A stretch of DNA of 35,174 bases from the IMG/VR virus record IMGVR_UViG_3300050331_000106, positions 1-35,174 of that record; one strand, 5' to 3'. Shown in pieces: positions 34,636-35,174 of this stretch. Source of the DNA: a virus. Taxonomy: Duplodnaviria > Caudoviricetes. A program made the position numbers and the translations under genes. Position 1 is the first letter of the stretch, and each line of letters opens with the position of its first letter. The notes under the pieces were generated by a model. It saw nothing but the letters and a program-made list of their open reading frames with translations, was not told the DNA's origin and did not search any database.

Positions 34636-35079
34636 ATGAACCTGTCCGAGCACTTCACCCTCGAGGAGCTGACCGTGAGCCAGGAGGCGGCGCGCGGCGG
34701 CCTGAGAAACGAGCCGAACGACGTGCAGGTCGAAGCCCTTCGCGCGTTGTGCGAAAGGGTGCTGGAACCGCTGCGCGCTCGCGTCAAGCGGCCCATCGTC
34801 GTCAGCAGCGGCTACCGCTCGAAGACGCTCAACACCCGCGTCGGCGGCAGCCCCGGCAGCCAGCACTGCAAGGGCGAGGCCGCCGACATCATCGTGCCTG
34901 GCATGGACACCGCTGCCGTGATCGAACTGATCCGCGCCATGCACCTGCCGTTCGACCAGGTGATCGATGAGTTCGCGCGCTGGGTTCACGTCAGCCACAG
35001 CGTCGCCGGCGGCAACCGCGGCGAGGTACTGATGGCCTGGCGCCGGGCCGGGCAGACAAACTATAGGAGAGTGGGATGA
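34636..35079 (+). CDS. Endolysin, peptidase M15A family
   Basis: HFTLEEL, VSSGYRS, SQHCKGEAAD, WVHVS. Confidence 0.9.
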   Translation: MNLSEHFTLEELTVSQEAARGGLRNEPNDVQVEALRALCERVLEPLRARVKRPIVVSSGYRSKTLNTRVGGSPGSQHCKGEAADIIVPGMDTAAVIELIRAMHLPFDQVIDEFARWVHVSHSVAGGNRGEVLMAWRRAGQTNYRRVG

Positions 35080-35174
35080 TCGAAGGTCTCGACTGGCTCG
35101 CCTACCTGATCTGTGTCGACATCGGCATCGTGATCGGCATGTTCCTCAATTCGCTGTTCAGGGGCCCGCGATGA
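35076..35174 (+). CDS. Small single-TM protein (32 aa) in the lysis module
   Basis: ATGA coupling to the endolysin stop; hydrophobic. Confidence 0.45.
   Translation: MIEGLDWLAYLICVDIGIVIGMFLNSLFRGPR

Larger units (their letters stand above)
1..35174. mobile_element. Lambda-like temperate siphophage / prophage (near-complete genome)
   Basis: Canonical gene order: int-xis-early left operon-cI/cro-replication-cos-terminase-portal-capsid-tail-lysis. att sites are not identifiable in the window. Confidence 0.97.

Overview
A nearly complete lambda-like temperate siphophage (prophage) genome of high GC content. In order it holds: an HNH gene, integrase and xis, a leftward early/accessory operon, a cI/cro immunity switch with visible operators and promoters, a primase-helicase (CHC2/Toprim/VapE) with a downstream inverted-repeat origin candidate, a lambda-type cos site, terminase, portal, a fused protease-capsid, a non-contractile tail module with a -1 frameshift, and holin plus M15 endolysin. 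Two systems stand out. (1) A complete diversity-generating retroelement (target gene with C-terminal VR, hairpin, avd, TR, RT) sits inside the head module, with 12 of 13 TR/VR mismatches at TR adenines. It is followed by a terminator and an exact 56-bp copy of a putative late promoter. (2) An array of three canonical integron attC sites in the early region delimits three 471-489 bp cassettes whose genes lie antisense to the attC polarity, with no IntI in the window. All product calls come from motif recognition and synteny, not database searches.
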